Positions 11,316 through 24,902 of a stretch of 64,000 nt of DNA are shown in pieces. Source of the stretch: Carcharhinus amblyrhynchos (Eukaryota); the NCBI GenBank assembly GCA_965287045.1, contig OZ336871.1:111724001-111788000 (forward strand), given 5' to 3'. A program made the translations under genes and the position numbers. Numbering within the stretch: the first letter of the stretch is position 1; the number at the start of each line of letters is the position of its first letter. The notes beneath the pieces are model-generated. The model searched no databases and was not told the DNA's origin. It saw only the letters and a program-made list of their open reading frames with translations.

Positions 11316-14300
11316 AAGCTCGTAAAATTGTTACCGATTGCTGAGAATAACAGGGTGGGTACAAACCCTGTTGTTGATTGACTTCCTATATATACACATT
11401 TTTACAGCCCATTCCACAAATATTTCTTAGATTAAACCAGCGATAAAGCACAATGGAAATGTACTAGCTTCGGATCACTGGTGTATTTTGCGTGGGGGGA
11501 AAAAAAATTGCAAGAGACAAGGCGTGGATTCGCCCCGATCCGGAGCGGATTGCCAGATGATCGTTTGCTGTTGTATCTGGGATCGGGATTAATTTTCCAG
11601 AGGGTGGGTGTTTGATGGGGAGGGGGCGGCCTCTTTAAGCCAAGAAGGGCTTTGCAGAAATGAGGAGCAAGAGCCGCCTTCGCAACAAAGGGCCGGGGGG
11701 GTGGGAATGGGGGGAAAGCGATCGGAAACACCAGTTTGTTTTCCAGAGTTAAGGATCACTGGAAACATTGTGGCCTCCTCCGGCTTCTTTTTTAATCTTC
11801 TGGCAGCCCCCGAAAAAGGTGAAGAGCGTCACCTGCTGACCGAATGGATCCCAGTGAGGGCACCCGGACTGGACTCGATTCACCAGCAGCTCCTGCTGGG
11901 CGCTCGCCCCTCAGCGATCTTGTCTGCAAGCACCCTCCCTCCAATCATCCATCAGTGGCACGGCAAGAATTTCCTCGGCAACCCACATCTCCCCGTTTGC
12001 AAAACGAAGTATTTTCATTAATCAAATTGATAATAAGTTGATTTTCCTTAAATGTTGCCATCACCGCATCATTGATAAATTGCAACATTATTGTGCATTG
12101 ATAGATTTATCAATTTCTGCTTGGCAAAATTTTATAAAACTTTAAAAATTTATTTATTTTAAAAATAAAAGCAGCTTGCTGATTGATTTTCTTTAAAGAT
12201 CCCGCTCGCTGGGGGAAAAAAAAACAGCATCCAAATGGTTTGCAGTGACGTTCGCAATTTGCATGCAACAACGCGATGAATTCCAGTCTTTATGTGGATG
12301 GTACTAAAATAGATTAAAGTTCCAGTATCAGATGAATCGTATATCATTCAAACACTAAAAAGACACTCGCAGTCTTCCCTTTGACAAATCGTTTTTGGTA
12401 AAGGTACATTATTTTAAAAGTTAAATCTGGCTATGCTTAACAAAACAAAAGGTACTTTTAAGAAGTGCCCAACTGTAAGTAGGAAATATAGACGTTTGGC
12501 TTTCATGTCTGTAATTTTTCTCGCTCTGTTAACTAACATGAGGAGAGTGCTGCCTTCACAAACGCGGACACTTTTGCTCATTTCTCTAAACTTCAAATCT
12601 TCTTTCCAAAAGCGGCAGGCATTTAAATACCATTCGCGATATGTGTTTCACTACAACTTAAGTTTAGAACATTTTACGTAGTCATAAAAAAGCTTTTAAA
12701 ACATAACATTTGTGTGATAATTGATATATACCGCTTTCTTAGTTCCCAGAGTTTTAGTTATATTAAATTGATTATTCCAAAGACAGGGTTCTCTTGAAAT
12801 CTTTACTCCGTAGTCAGTTAATTATTGTAAAATAAATCAAAGCATTTAAAAAGTGGCACCTTTTGTTTTACCATCAATAAAGGAACAGGAACGTCCTAAT
12901 TAGATTTTCATGTTCATTAAAATAGAATTTAAAAATTACCATTTACAACATCTGAACTTTAATGAACCCCAGTTATTAAGGATTCAGTTTGAAATGTAAG
13001 TCTGGTTACTGTTGCATGACAAAATAGAGAGTTGTGCTTTGGATTATGATTTCTGGGTTCAGTGGTAACCAACAGAAGCAAACATAAATCACCCTTAAAA
13101 TGGCAATGAAAAGTAAAATGTCACACTTCAGTCAACTTGTAGCACTTTCATTTTTCAAAGATACTTTGAGATTCTGCAGTAAACCAAAGCTTGCCTGTTT
13201 GTGTATATAAGTAAATTATCATTCTAACTGTGACTGCTCAGTCAATAGGGTTGCTTTATATTGATCATTCTGACCAAAAGTAACAATAGGAAATGCATAT
13301 CATCATCCCCCAACCTCATTCAAAATAATCTTATGATGTTCATGTATTATTGACTCATGTTTCAACTCTTTTCATCAGTGGTGGATTGAATCTATAGCAA
13401 GGTATGTCAGTAATACTTTAATTTCCTCTTTATTGCCTTATCTGAGATGTAGGCCAGATGTCAATCCCACAGCACGAACCAGCATTCTTAAAACTAAGAT
13501 AGGAAGATTATTCATGATAGAGTAATTAAAAATTGCATGACTGAATGCATTTTATTTATATAATCCAAAAAGCAGCAATAATATGCAAGATGAAGACAAG
13601 TATTGTGTTAAAATAGGATGTTTAGTTTTATTTCTCTTTTGAAACACTACTAATATTGAAGTAAGTTATTTATTTTCTTTGCTGTTGCACGAGAAAAATA
13701 AACATTGAACTGTCATTAGGATTAATTTGAAAAAAATGATTGTTACTATAGATGGGATTAAATGAATTAAACATTTTTATCTAAAGTACATTGCATCATT
13801 GAGAAAGGTTTGATTTAAAGACGTTGAACTCAGTATGCAGATACTGTCTTTCTGTAGAAACCTTTATACCATTTCTCTATTGGCTTATAGAATTACTATT
13901 TACTCTTCACAACAATAGTCCTTAGATGTGTCTAAGGATCCGGAGGCTTGTCCAACCATCAGAATCAATGCAAATCAATTGAATTGCAGCTGGTCTGCAT
14001 TCATACAGCATAGAACTCAATTTGAATTAACCACATGTGGCTGATACAAACTTCTCACATGTCTAGAGGCCATACTTACGAAAAGCATAATGACCATTTT
14101 TGTGCATTAAGCATTTGTATGCACATAGTTTCACCATAAAAGCGTTGGCATGAATAAACAAGCAAGCAAACACAGACGATTTAGGCAGACATATAGTGCG
14201 AAGTGCTAGTAAAAATAGACACCACAGGTAATATTTCAATACACAGTGTAATGAATTAACAACACTGACTCAATGCATCCATTGGGAATTCCATTTTATG

Positions 14301-16674
14301 TGAACAGCATTTAATGAAAAAAATTGTATTGCTTTTCAACTTATACCATGTTCACAGTAAATTGTGCAATCATTTTCCCATTTAATATTCTTAGCTAATA
14401 CACATGGCTAAAGGAAATGAATAGCTTTGTAAATGACTGTAACATAAACATCATAAATTTAAAATGATTAACACCAAGCATTTTGATACAAATTCCTGTC
14501 ATCATTACAGGGTAATGTTGTTTGAACAAATGTTAATGTTATGTTACATTTATGTTAGAAGCTCTCAGTAGTGAAAATAAGATTCACTTGAACTAATCAA
14601 TTTTGGAAAAGCCACTGAATCACCTTAACCTGGGAAAAATGTCACCACATATTCAGTAAGAATTTGTCACTGTTTAATTAAAATAACGTTTTGTAACCCA
14701 CACAAATACCACTCCTATGAATTAGTTTAGCTGAAGTTTGTAACATTTAAGAGATGAAAAATCAAAAAACCATTCAGTGTGCTGTACACATAATACATCA
14801 TTTTAATTCTGTATCTTCATACATATGAACTTTTTTCCTAAATTAGATACATAATTCACCATCATGCCAAGCAGAACTGAACACATTTTGTGCTGAACAG
14901 AGTTGGAACTACAAGTTACATTTAAAACTCACAATTATCATAGGTTAGACATTTCATAAGAAGTTGTATGGCTTTCTGTTCAAGCTAAGGAGAAAATTAT
15001 TCAACCTCTGAAGGTAAGTTTAAATTTATCTCGTTTCCCCTAATACTTGCATGTAAAATAATAGCTCAATACACTTTTTTTCCTGGCATCATATATTAAT
15101 ATGAATTTATTTTGAATCCACAAATGTGTAACTGATATGTTATGTACTCTCTCACAATTTGATTTATGAAATCATTATTGTTAGTATTTAAAATAATTTG
15201 TAAACCAATGTTAGGGTTTATTTGACAAATTAATTGGGCAATCCAAAGACCACTTTCTATTCAACTGAGGTAATTATTTGATCTGATGAATTGTATCATC
15301 TAGTGGAACATAGAAAGAGATGGAAACACTGTGCAGCAGTATTATTGAATTAAACTATGCCTTACTAACTTCCATCTTTAAACCTGATCTTTCACTTCCT
15401 GGTTAACAGTACAGAAGAAAAAATCTCCACATAAACTTTTACATCTATCAAACTGCACATTAAGAATATTAAGTTATAAATAAAGTTGTACTTACTTCAT
15501 CCTCATTTAAAATAATCTATTTCCAACAAATGGATTGAATTTGAAAATATAACAATATATTCTGCAAGATATTATCAGAAAGTAACAAAATAACAGCAAA
15601 GTAACTGAATCTGACATGTAAAAAAAAAGTGATTTTTGTTCATAAGATTAAGAGGAATATTGATTAGTTTGGAATATAATAATTAGGATCTCCAATAGTG
15701 TTGCTCAGATGAGTCAGAAGTTCAAAAGCCTTGGCTTCAACTATGAATGGAATCGATCAGCATCTGTTGTTAGAAAAGTTGCTGATAGAAATAGCTGACC
15801 TGCTGTTGGGCAATGCTCAGTGATAATTACCACAGTTGAATAGAAAGTGATCTTTGGTTTACCCATTTACTTTGTCAAATAAACCCTACAATAATAATCA
15901 CCCACTTCATGGGATTGTATTTTAACTTAAACTATGTTAAGCTCCAGAAATTTTTAAACCATGAAATTAGCAATATTAATTTTAGCTACAGGAGAGGTGA
16001 TTTAAACTTTGATGTCACTTTAAAATATAATTTACCTTGCTGTCTGTAGAGCCAGTGGTTTTGGATTTATTCAGCTGACATATTTCCAGTACTGAGTATG
16101 AACAAAGAATATTTTATGACTCAAATTAAAAACAAGAGTCATATATATGTAATAAGAGCCCAAAGCCCAAGCTAAAAAAGTCAATATGGCAATTTCAATT
16201 TTATATCAAGTTTGTTCTGTTCAAAATGTGCCCAAGATGTTTGATGCTTCAGTACAAATCAAGAAATCAAATTAATCTAAATATTCTGAATCAAATTCAT
16301 ATTTGGTTTACCTCCTCCTGAATCCTCCCAATGAAATAGTGACTGTAATCTGACACTGATGCAGGAATTGTTTAGGGACAAGTGATATTTAAACTCTGAT
16401 CAATAAGCATTTTCATGACAGTAATATATTATTGTGACAAAACAACAATACTTAATTAGCCATGGACTAAATGTTCACTGGATGCATGTCATTTGAGGTT
16501 CGATTGCACAAACAAGGTGTTACAGAATCAAACTGTTTGCTCCAGAATGTCCTGGCATATCTGGGCCACATTCATCTTCTTGTCATGAGATGTTAGTGAA
16601 AACCTATTAAATTTGTTCTAAAGCTGTATCGTCTCTTTTCCTTCTTTTGTTAGTTGCAGGAAATGAAAACGTAA

Positions 16675-16812
16675 ATGACAAATACATGAATAGGATGGGA
16701 ATAGAAGGATATGGTCCTCAGAAGGGTAGAGGGTTTTAATTCAGTCGAGCAGCATGGTCAATGAAGGCTTGGAGGGCCGAAGGGCATTTTCTGTGCTGTA
16801 ATTTTCTTTGTA
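16675..16812 (+). mobile_element. CR1 LINE 3' end
   Basis: atgaataggatgggaatagaaggata...ggcttggagggccgaaggg...tgtgctgtaattttctttg; same family as 22730-22845. Confidence 0.8.
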
Positions 16813-17909
16813 TTAAACTATCATATTTTCTCAGGGTAATTTTGTAGAAAAAAGTGTCACCTTCACCTGCGCATGGGTTGGCTTCCCCAGTAACATTTTC
16901 AGCTGCAATTGACAATTTCTGAATTGCTTTGTGTCAGTGCACCCTAATTTGCAATGGAACAAAATTCACGTCAGAGAACTGTTTCTTTACTGATCACGTA
17001 AATGCAGTTTATGACTGTTATTCAATTGCAATCAGTAAGGTTGAGGTAAATTCGAACCAAAATAAAAAGCAGTAGGATGAGGATTATCATGCAAACTGTT
17101 GAGAGAAAATAATTGACACGATGCCTTTGATCTCTTTACAGGATTCATTGAATGTAACTATCAAGCTTTCGTACCTCACTTTGTTGATCTGTGATTAATA
17201 TTTTCATTGCAAAATATACTTAATAAATGTATACTTTTGTTTTATGTCACCATATATCCAAGTTTAGTTTTGGCTTCTTTATTTTACCTGTGGAATTGTC
17301 TATTTCATTCATTTTCATAATGTTGTCATGTTTAAACCAAAGTAATTTTTTTTAAGAAATACAGATAATTTATATCAGGTTTTGCTGGTTTTCACATGTA
17401 CTGAACAGAGTTAGAAAATATAATAGTATGTTTTATATGGTGTAGAAAATATATCAAAACATTGAAGGATGATCATATCAATTATCACAAGGTAGTGAGA
17501 ATGAAAGTCTTAACCCTGAGCAACTTCAGATGGGGATAATTAACCGGATAACATTAACATGGTATTGATTCCCAACATGTTATAATGTTGTGAAGAAATT
17601 AATATATTGGTACATGAATACACATTAAAAACAGGTCAGAAAATGAGCCATAATCAATAAATTGGTGTGAACACTTTATGTAGCTATCCATATGCGTTGA
17701 GAGGGCCTTGAAAGGTATGTACTTTTTAAAAATAATTCCCTATTTTTAAAGAAGTGCCTTGCATTTTTTCCTGCTGTGTTGTATTGTGAATCCACAAGAG
17801 TAAAGAAAAAGGATTTTGGTCCCAAGGACATTTCCCTCAAAAGTTTGATTTATACTCTAAAGCTATGAACAGTGTCCAATCAACAATGATGTAGAAAAAG
17901 ATGAGGAGG

Positions 17910-18425
17910 GATTTCAATCTTTGGAATTCTCTATTCCAGAGAGCATTGTAGGCTGGATCATTGAATATATCAAAGACAGATTGTTGACTTGCAAGGTCAA
18001 GAGTTTGGGGATGCCAGGTGGGAAAGCAGAGTTGAAGCCACGATCAGATCGGCCATAATCTTTATGAATGGCAGAGAAGTATCAAGGGATAAAATGGCCT
18101 GCTCACACATTATTTCTTGTCTTATTAAAAATTGTTCCATTTAACTGGTCTAGAAGGACTAGAGGACACAGATTTAAATTTTGGGCAAGGGATGCAACGT
18201 GGATCTTTGGAATTCTCTAGCATAAGAGGCCTGAATGTGCTCAATCATTGTGTGTATTTAAAACAGAGATCAATAGATCTTTTGGATACCAAGGAAATGG
18301 ATGAAAAGGAAAATAATGCAGGGAAGAGATTGAAGTTGGAGATTAGCTATGATCATATTGAAGGGTAGAGTAGGTTTGAAGGGTCAAATAGTCCATTAAA
18401 TGATCTACTTCTATTTCTTATGTTC
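17910..18425 (+). mobile_element. Two tandem decayed CR1 3' ends
   Basis: Two copies of tctttggaattctcta...(gatcagccatgatc-like)...gaatgg/gaagg...tail, at ~17910-18120 and ~18200-18425. Confidence 0.7.
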
Positions 18426-18814
18426 ATGATGAAACTGCCAGTGCCAAGTGATGTCACCTTCACATCATTCTGAGCTCTGCCCATCCATTTCATTTTACCG
18501 GGCCTATTTGCATCCCTTAAAAATATTAACTATTTTCCATTACATTACAATTTCACAAGCATCAGTAATTATCTTGTACCTTAGTCAAGTGGGAATTGCT
18601 TTGAGAATGATTAGCAATTCAACTACAGAAGCCATCACAAATGGGTCCGACTTTGCCCTCCTCTAGGTAGAATTCCTACCTCTAAATTATCTAAAAGCAA
18701 CATCCATGACAGAGTAATGAACAAAACTCTTGAGGGAAATAATAGCACAGCTGCTGGAGACATGAACTTGTTGATCTAATGAAAGAGCACTCACCAGTTT
18801 TTTGGTTAATGCCA

Positions 18815-19095
18815 CTGGGTGGCACAGTGGTTAGCACTGCTGCCTCACAGCACATTGGACTCAAGTTCAATTCCTGGCTTGGGTCACTATCTGTACAGAG
18901 TCTGCACATTCTGCCCATGTCTGCATGGGTTTCCCCCCACAGTTTGAAAGACGTGGTAGTTAGGTGCATTGGCCATTGGTAAATTCTCCCTCAGTGTATC
19001 TGAAAAAGTGCCCTAGTGTGGCAACTAGGGGATTTTCACAGCAACTTCATTGCAGTGTTAATGTAAGTCCACTTATGACACTAATAAATAAGCTT
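18815..19095 (+). mobile_element. tRNA-derived V-SINE (HE1-like), CpG-decayed
   Basis: gggtggcacagtggttagcactgctgcctcacagc head, B-box gttcaattcc, V-domain ctgcacattctgcccatgtctgcatgggttt, A-rich tail. Confidence 0.85.
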
Positions 19096-19569
19096 ATAAA
19101 AAAGCTGATGGGACAGTTGGTTTTTTGCTAAGACAAAGATTTAAATCCAGTTTAAAGTGCACAAGCAGCAAAATATGTTGCAAGATTACAAAATCATTTG
19201 GGTACACTATTCGCAGTATTTCCATGCTTCCTCATTTTAAACTTCCTCCAGCTCTACAATCCTCTTCTCCAACTCTGGCTGATTACACATTTCCCAATCT
19301 CTTTATCCCACCGGGCTGTACTGTCAGCAGCATAGGCCCTAAACTGCAAGATTCCCCACTTAAACCCCTCTCTTTGACCAAGATTTAGCCACCCCTTTGA
19401 ATAGTGTCAATTCTTGGCTGATTATGTTCCTGCGAAGTGCTTCAAAACATTTTCTAATTTTAAATACAGTGTATCAATGCAATTTTATTTCCCCACTTTT
19501 CCAGGAAGGACTCATAATGTGGTACATTGTCACAAGATCCTGAAAGCCCCTAAGCTTTCATCAAGTAAC

Positions 19570-20880
19570 ATCATAAAATAAGAAACAGGAGTAGGAGTAA
19601 CCAATTCAGCCCAATAATCCTGATTCACTATTCAGTAAGATCATGGCTGATCTGATTGTGGCCTCAAATACATATTCCTACCTGGTCAAGAATCTGTCTA
19701 ACTGAGCCTTGAATATATTCAAATACCCCAGCTTTTAATACTCTCTGGGGAAGAGAATTCCAAAGTCTAAAGACCCTCAAAGGAAACATTCTTACTCATT
19801 TCAGTCTTAAATGGGAGGGCCTTTATTTTTGAACTGTGTCATCCAGTTCTAGACTCCCCACAAGGGTAAACATCCTCCCACTCTTGTCAAGCCCCTCAAA
19901 TTTTTTATATGTTTCAATAAAATCACTTCTCATTATTCTCATCTTCAGTGAGTGTCAGGCCTAAATAGCTCAACCTTTCCACATAAAACAACATCTCCAG
20001 AAATCAGCCAAGTGAGCCTCCTCTGAACTGCTTCCAATGTAGTTATCTCCCTCTTTAGTTAGGGGGCCAAATCTTTACACAGTACTCCAAATGAGGTCCC
20101 ACTAGGGCCATTGTACAGCTGTAGCAACACTTCCCAACTTTTGTTCTCCATTCACTTGTAATTAATGCCAACAGTCCATTTTCTCCATCAACCACTTGCT
20201 GTGCTTACAGAAAGGGGATCGGTTAGTTCAGTTGGTAGGATAGCTGGTTTGTGATGTAAAGCAATGCCAACAGCACAGGTTCAATTCCCATACCAACTTA
20301 GGTTATTCATGAAGGGTTACCTCTCATCAGAGGTGTGATGATCTTCAGGTAAGTCACCATCAGCCTATGGTTATCTGGTTTTATCCTATGGTGACTTTAC
20401 CTTGTGCCTGCATGCTAACTTTTTTTGTTATGCGTACCAGGACAGCAGATTTCAGCAATCTCTTTCCATTTAAATAATATTCTGTTTTTCATTCTTCCTA
20501 CTAAAAAAATGCTTTTTTCACATTATATTTCATCTGTTAACTTTTTGCCCATTCACTATTTGCAGATTCTTGGTATCCTCTTCACAACTTGATTTCCTAC
20601 CTTTGTATCCACACAAATTTAGTTATCATAAACATAATCCCTTCATCATGCTGCCTGTTAGCTAACTAATCCACTATCCATGCTAATGTATTATTCACAA
20701 GGCTGAGCTCTTACCTGGTGTAGTGGCCTGTGTGTGGTGCCTCATCAAGTGCCTTTTGGAAATCCAAATAAGTCATATGTACTGATTCCCAATTATCGAT
20801 CCTGCTGTTATTTCCTCAAAGAACTCTATTAAATTATTCAAACACAATTTCTGTTTCACAAAACCATGTTCATCTTTGAA
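19570..20880 (-). mobile_element. Old CR1 LINE with nested tRNA-derived SINE (~20215-20400)
   Basis: 3' tail at ~19570-19660; minus-strand RT remnants (EHGFVKQKLCLNNLIEFFEE in ORF 20773..21060); inserted SINE with A/B-box-like ggttagttcagttggt...ggttcaattccc. Confidence 0.75.
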
Positions 20881-21174
20881 GGTAGACTGATAAATGATGT
20901 TGGCAGCTATTAAATGGGAGTCACAGAGGAGCTTGATTGAATCTCTTTTCTCACCCAATGTTTCCAAAGTTGTACTTTGCAGCGAGTTACTGGCTGGAGT
21001 CAAACTGTCAAACTGGCAGTCAAAGTCAGGGGACTGTATGATTTTCTCCTTCCAAAGCACAGAACTGGGAAATTGATTCCAATGCTGGCACCTATTGCTC
21101 TGATAAAACGTTTGATCTATAAGGGCACACTAAGTGCCTTTAACACATTGTTATCTAGATAGCCCTTGCTGTGT

Positions 21175-21350
21175 TTTAATGCTTTTATTCATTCGCAGGA
21201 TGTGGGCTTCGCTGACTAGGCCAGTAATCATGGCCCATCCCCATTTCTCCTGAGAAGGTAGAGGTGAGCTGCTTTTTGAATTGCCACAATCTGTGTGATG
21301 TAGGTACACACACAGTGCTGGTAGAGGGGGAGTTCCAGGATTATGACCAA
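21175..21350 (-). mobile_element. LINE 3' end (related copy on + strand at ~48065-48200)
   Basis: ttcattcgcaggatgtgggcttcgctgactaggccag...cctgagaaggtagaggtgagctgc; reverse-complement similarity to 48065-48200. Confidence 0.65.
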
Positions 21351-21507
21351 AAGAAGGTGGTAATTGATCTGAGCCGCATTTCCTCGTGAGCAGGATTTAC
21401 GGCGTCGCTCATGCAAGACTGGAAATTCCCGTCTGAGGTCAACCCTTTGTCCACCCTTCACTTGCCCCGATTCTGTGGCAGATAGGGCAGTAGAATTCCA
21501 ATGTACA

Positions 21508-21705
21508 TCTAAAATAAAAGCAAAATACTGAGGATGCTGGAATCTGAATCAAAAACAGAAAATGCTGGGAAATCTCAGCAAGTCCGACCGCATCAGTGGA
21601 GAGAGTGGACTCTGATGAAGGGCCATCCAGACTCGAAATGTTGACTCTATTCTTCCTCCGCAGATAATGTCAACCTGCTGAGGCCTTCTAGCATTTTCCA
21701 TTTCC
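21508..21705. mobile_element. Palindromic Penelope-end-derived element
   Basis: aaaagcaaaatactgaggatgctgg...gaaaatgctgggaaatctcagc...tctgatgaaggg...cgaaatgttgac...gctgaggccttctagcattttc; arms at 21558-21580 and 21676-21698 are inverted; partial copies near 46715-46810 and 49655-49740. Confidence 0.65.
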
Positions 21706-22184
21706 TCATGTCTACTTTTGACTTGCTGCTAATTCTGTTGTTCATTTGCTCTATGGGAGCATTTAACATTTAATATTATCTGGGAATGTCAAACAGTGGT
21801 TATAAAGTTATTTGCTATAGGATTACCATACATATACAAGAGTTGGGTACATATATTAGTAAAGAAGGTGCATCAGAGTTTGCTTTTCAGATTATATATG
21901 CACCAAGAACAGTTTGTATTTCTTGTAAATTATTTTCCAAAGCCTTTCATTGTAGTCTAATCTTTTTACATCTCAGATGCAAATTTACATCAGTCTTACT
22001 GATTCACATGTAATTCTATACTGTGTAACCCTATTTATTTTTCTATTATTTTTGGTGAACTGTGGTCTATTGGGGATTGGAAAGTTATGCAATTCTGTTT
22101 TGTCACCCTACTATAGTACTTTCAGCTCAAGCCAAGCATAGGCCTAATGCAGGACAAAGATTTAATTATAAAAAAAATTGCAGA

Positions 22185-22845
22185 TCATGCTGCAGCTGTA
22201 CAGAACCTTAGTTAGGCCTCAGAGAAATATTGTGTACAATTCTGGTCGCCACACTACAAGACGTGGATGCTTTGGAGAGGCTACAGAGGAGATTTACCAG
22301 GGTGTTGCCTGGTCTGGAGGGTATTATCTTTGAGGAGAGGTTGGATTTATTCTCACTGGAATGACGGAGGTTGACAAAGACAAAGACAAAGACAAAGAAC
22401 AACCCAGCACGGGAAACAGGCCCTTCGGCCCAACGAGCCCACGCCGCTGCATCCTCCTACACCTACCCTGCCCTGCGTGTTGGCGGGTGACCTATAGAGG
22501 TTAATGAGATTATGAGTGGCATAGACAGAGTGGATAGTCAGATGCTCTTTCCTAGGATAGAAAAGTCAAGTACAAAAGGGATATTGGTTTAAGGTAGGGA
22601 AGTGAAAGTTTAGCAGGGATGTGCGAGGCAAATTTTTTTTAAACGCAGAGGGTGGTGAATGTCTGCCTGGAGCGGTAGTGGGAGCATGAACGATAGCGGC
22701 ATTTAAAGGACATCTAGATAAATATATGAATAAGATGGGAATGGAAGGATACAGACTCCATAAGCGCATACAATTTTGGTTTAGGCAGGCATCATGATCA
22801 GTGCAGGCTTGGAGGGTTGAAGACCCTGTTCCTGTACTGTTCTTT
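22185..22845 (+). mobile_element. CR1 3' fragment with an inverted CR1 3' tail inserted (~22373-22480, (acaaag)n)
   Basis: LQLYRTLVRP...CVQFWSPHY...ALERLQRRFTRVLPGLEG; interrupted by (acaaag)4 plus caggcccttcggccc; resumes with ggtgacctatagagg. Confidence 0.85.
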
Positions 22846-24763
22846 ATACTATATGTTTGGCATCTATGTACAATCCTTTACACTGAAAACAGTCAGCACT
22901 GCACATCTGCTGAAGCATAGCTGAAGTTAATGCAAAAGTAACATTTTAAACTGCAACTTTTCAATAATAAAGAATTGAGTAACACTATCAGTTTTTCTGT
23001 ATGAATGCAAATTCCATGTGTGGTCAGATGCTGTTGAGTGAAAATCTATGCACGTGTTGAGTACACATGAATGAAGGTCTGGTTTATGCCAATCACCATC
23101 AATATGTAGCACGTACATGATTATCCACTCACATTTCCATTTTGATGCACGCAACATTGCATTGTTTCATTTGGTGTAAATAAGCTTCCCCACTTTGTTT
23201 CAACAAATTGCCACCTTGCGACTCAGTAAATAATTGTAATGTAGGAAACTATTTTCTCTTCCAACCTGCTGTCCTTGTGGTCTATCAGCATTGTACTATC
23301 AAGTTAATGTTAAATTTTGCTAAATTGTGGATGGGTTCAGCTTTAGCTTCATTGCTTGTTCACTTAGGATCATTAAAGCTAACCAGGACAATTATCAACT
23401 ATCTGAACCAGATCAGAAGACTATATGTTTCACAAAAAAAACAGTAGAAGATGAAAAAATGTATAAAAGATAAAACAAATACAAACTGATTTTACACAAT
23501 CAAAATCAGCATACATAAATAGTCTCAAAGCTTTATAAAGTTGTTTTCAAATTTTGATTGTCAAACAGTTTTGAACTAATTACAAGCACAAAATAATTCA
23601 TGAAGATCTAAATGGCATAATACGTTATAAAGACCATTTTCTTTTACGTCTAAACTGGGTTTAAATTCACCCAAATCAGTGGGATGGATGTGTCTTCTCT
23701 ATTGTTTTCTAGTAAATCATTCAACAGAAAATTGCAACCCTGCTGTACACAATTCTGGGACATAATTGTGACAATAAACTTACGTACCACTTTCCTCTCA
23801 TCACGAAAGTAATCCTTCAAGGAATTGGGATACCATTTCCCAGATAATACTCCTCGCATTGAGCTTGAACATGAAACGCTGAATGATAACTTTAAGAACA
23901 TCGCAGCTGTCCTTAATCAATGTCATCAAACATGTGTTTTAAACAGTGGTGATCGTGCTCTGGTTGTGCTTATCCTGCAGCTGATGAGAGCCACAAAGTA
24001 AATGTGGACTCCATGGGATCCCTACAAATGGAAAAACTACACTGAACAAAAACAAAATTAGCATTAATAAACGATTGGCCTAACCCACTTCTCTCGGTTT
24101 AGTTCTGATACTTAAACTAGCTGTTATTTGGTGTATTGCTAGAAGCATCTATTGTACCAAAGCACCTGAAAAATAATTACTTGAGTTCCGGGACAGACAA
24201 AGGTTCTGTAAGGCGGGATAGGGCGGTTCATTTCAATGTGATAACTGTTTAGCCGGGCATAATCACTTATTCCAGCGTGCTTTCTATAGCTGTAGTAAAA
24301 GACACGATTATATTTACAATTATTGTCCCATTTATATCTAGAAATGTGTAAATTCTAAACTCATTGAAGATCTGCTTTGATGTTTGAATTAACAGTAATA
24401 TTGGCATTTTATCTTTTTGTTGCATCTTTGCATTTTAAACAGTGGTTTAAATGTCCTGTGCGAGGAGACAGTAACGATGTGCTGGTTTTAATGTGTGCAA
24501 CGCTGTGCGGAAATAGCTTGCAAGAGCGTGTTCACATTATTGCACAAATGATTACGCATTCACACTTTGCACACTAATTATGGTAATATTTCTGTAGGAA
24601 TGGCTACTAAGTGGGCTGAGTTTGGTGGTGAGTAGCTTGCTCGCTTGCTGGGGCAGAGTGTGTTGATATTCTGGCTGCTGCTGTTCATTGCTAACACTGT
24701 CACATCCGCGTGGATCAGCTGAGCTGGATCACGTGGCTGTGTGTCGAAGGTCAGTCCAGCACA

Positions 24764-24902
24764 ATGGAGCTGCCAGAGTACACACTGAAAGGGTTGCAAT
24801 TGCTGGCCGATCCCAGCCACTTCTCCAACAAAACATTCCACATTTTAGTGGAAGCGGCTTTCGAGAGCCTCATAAACCCACAAACAGACGGAGCAGTATT
24901 TG
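24764..24902 (+). CDS. COMMD3: COMMD3 exon 1 (139 nt coding)
   Basis: acaATGg Kozak; MELPEYTLKGLQLLADPSHFSNKTFHILVEAAFESLINPQTDGAVF; donor G|gtgag. Confidence 0.95.

Noticed and set aside
11040-11381. 113-aa ORF containing ASLGGLEPPTFRLTAERANRLRH
   Set aside because: Antisense translation of the tRNA-Asn gene, a well-known spurious peptide.
18815-18890. tRNA-like A/B box sequences (also 20215, 54465, 60730)
   Set aside because: SINE heads lacking a full cloverleaf and continuing into SINE bodies.
22373-22400. Short direct repeats resembling an array
   Set aside because: (acaaag)n tail of an inverted CR1 3' end; no spacers, and the context is eukaryotic, so not CRISPR.
24710-24763. GTG-initiated extension of COMMD3
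   Set aside because: ATG 24764 has a good Kozak context and yields the expected 195-aa protein.
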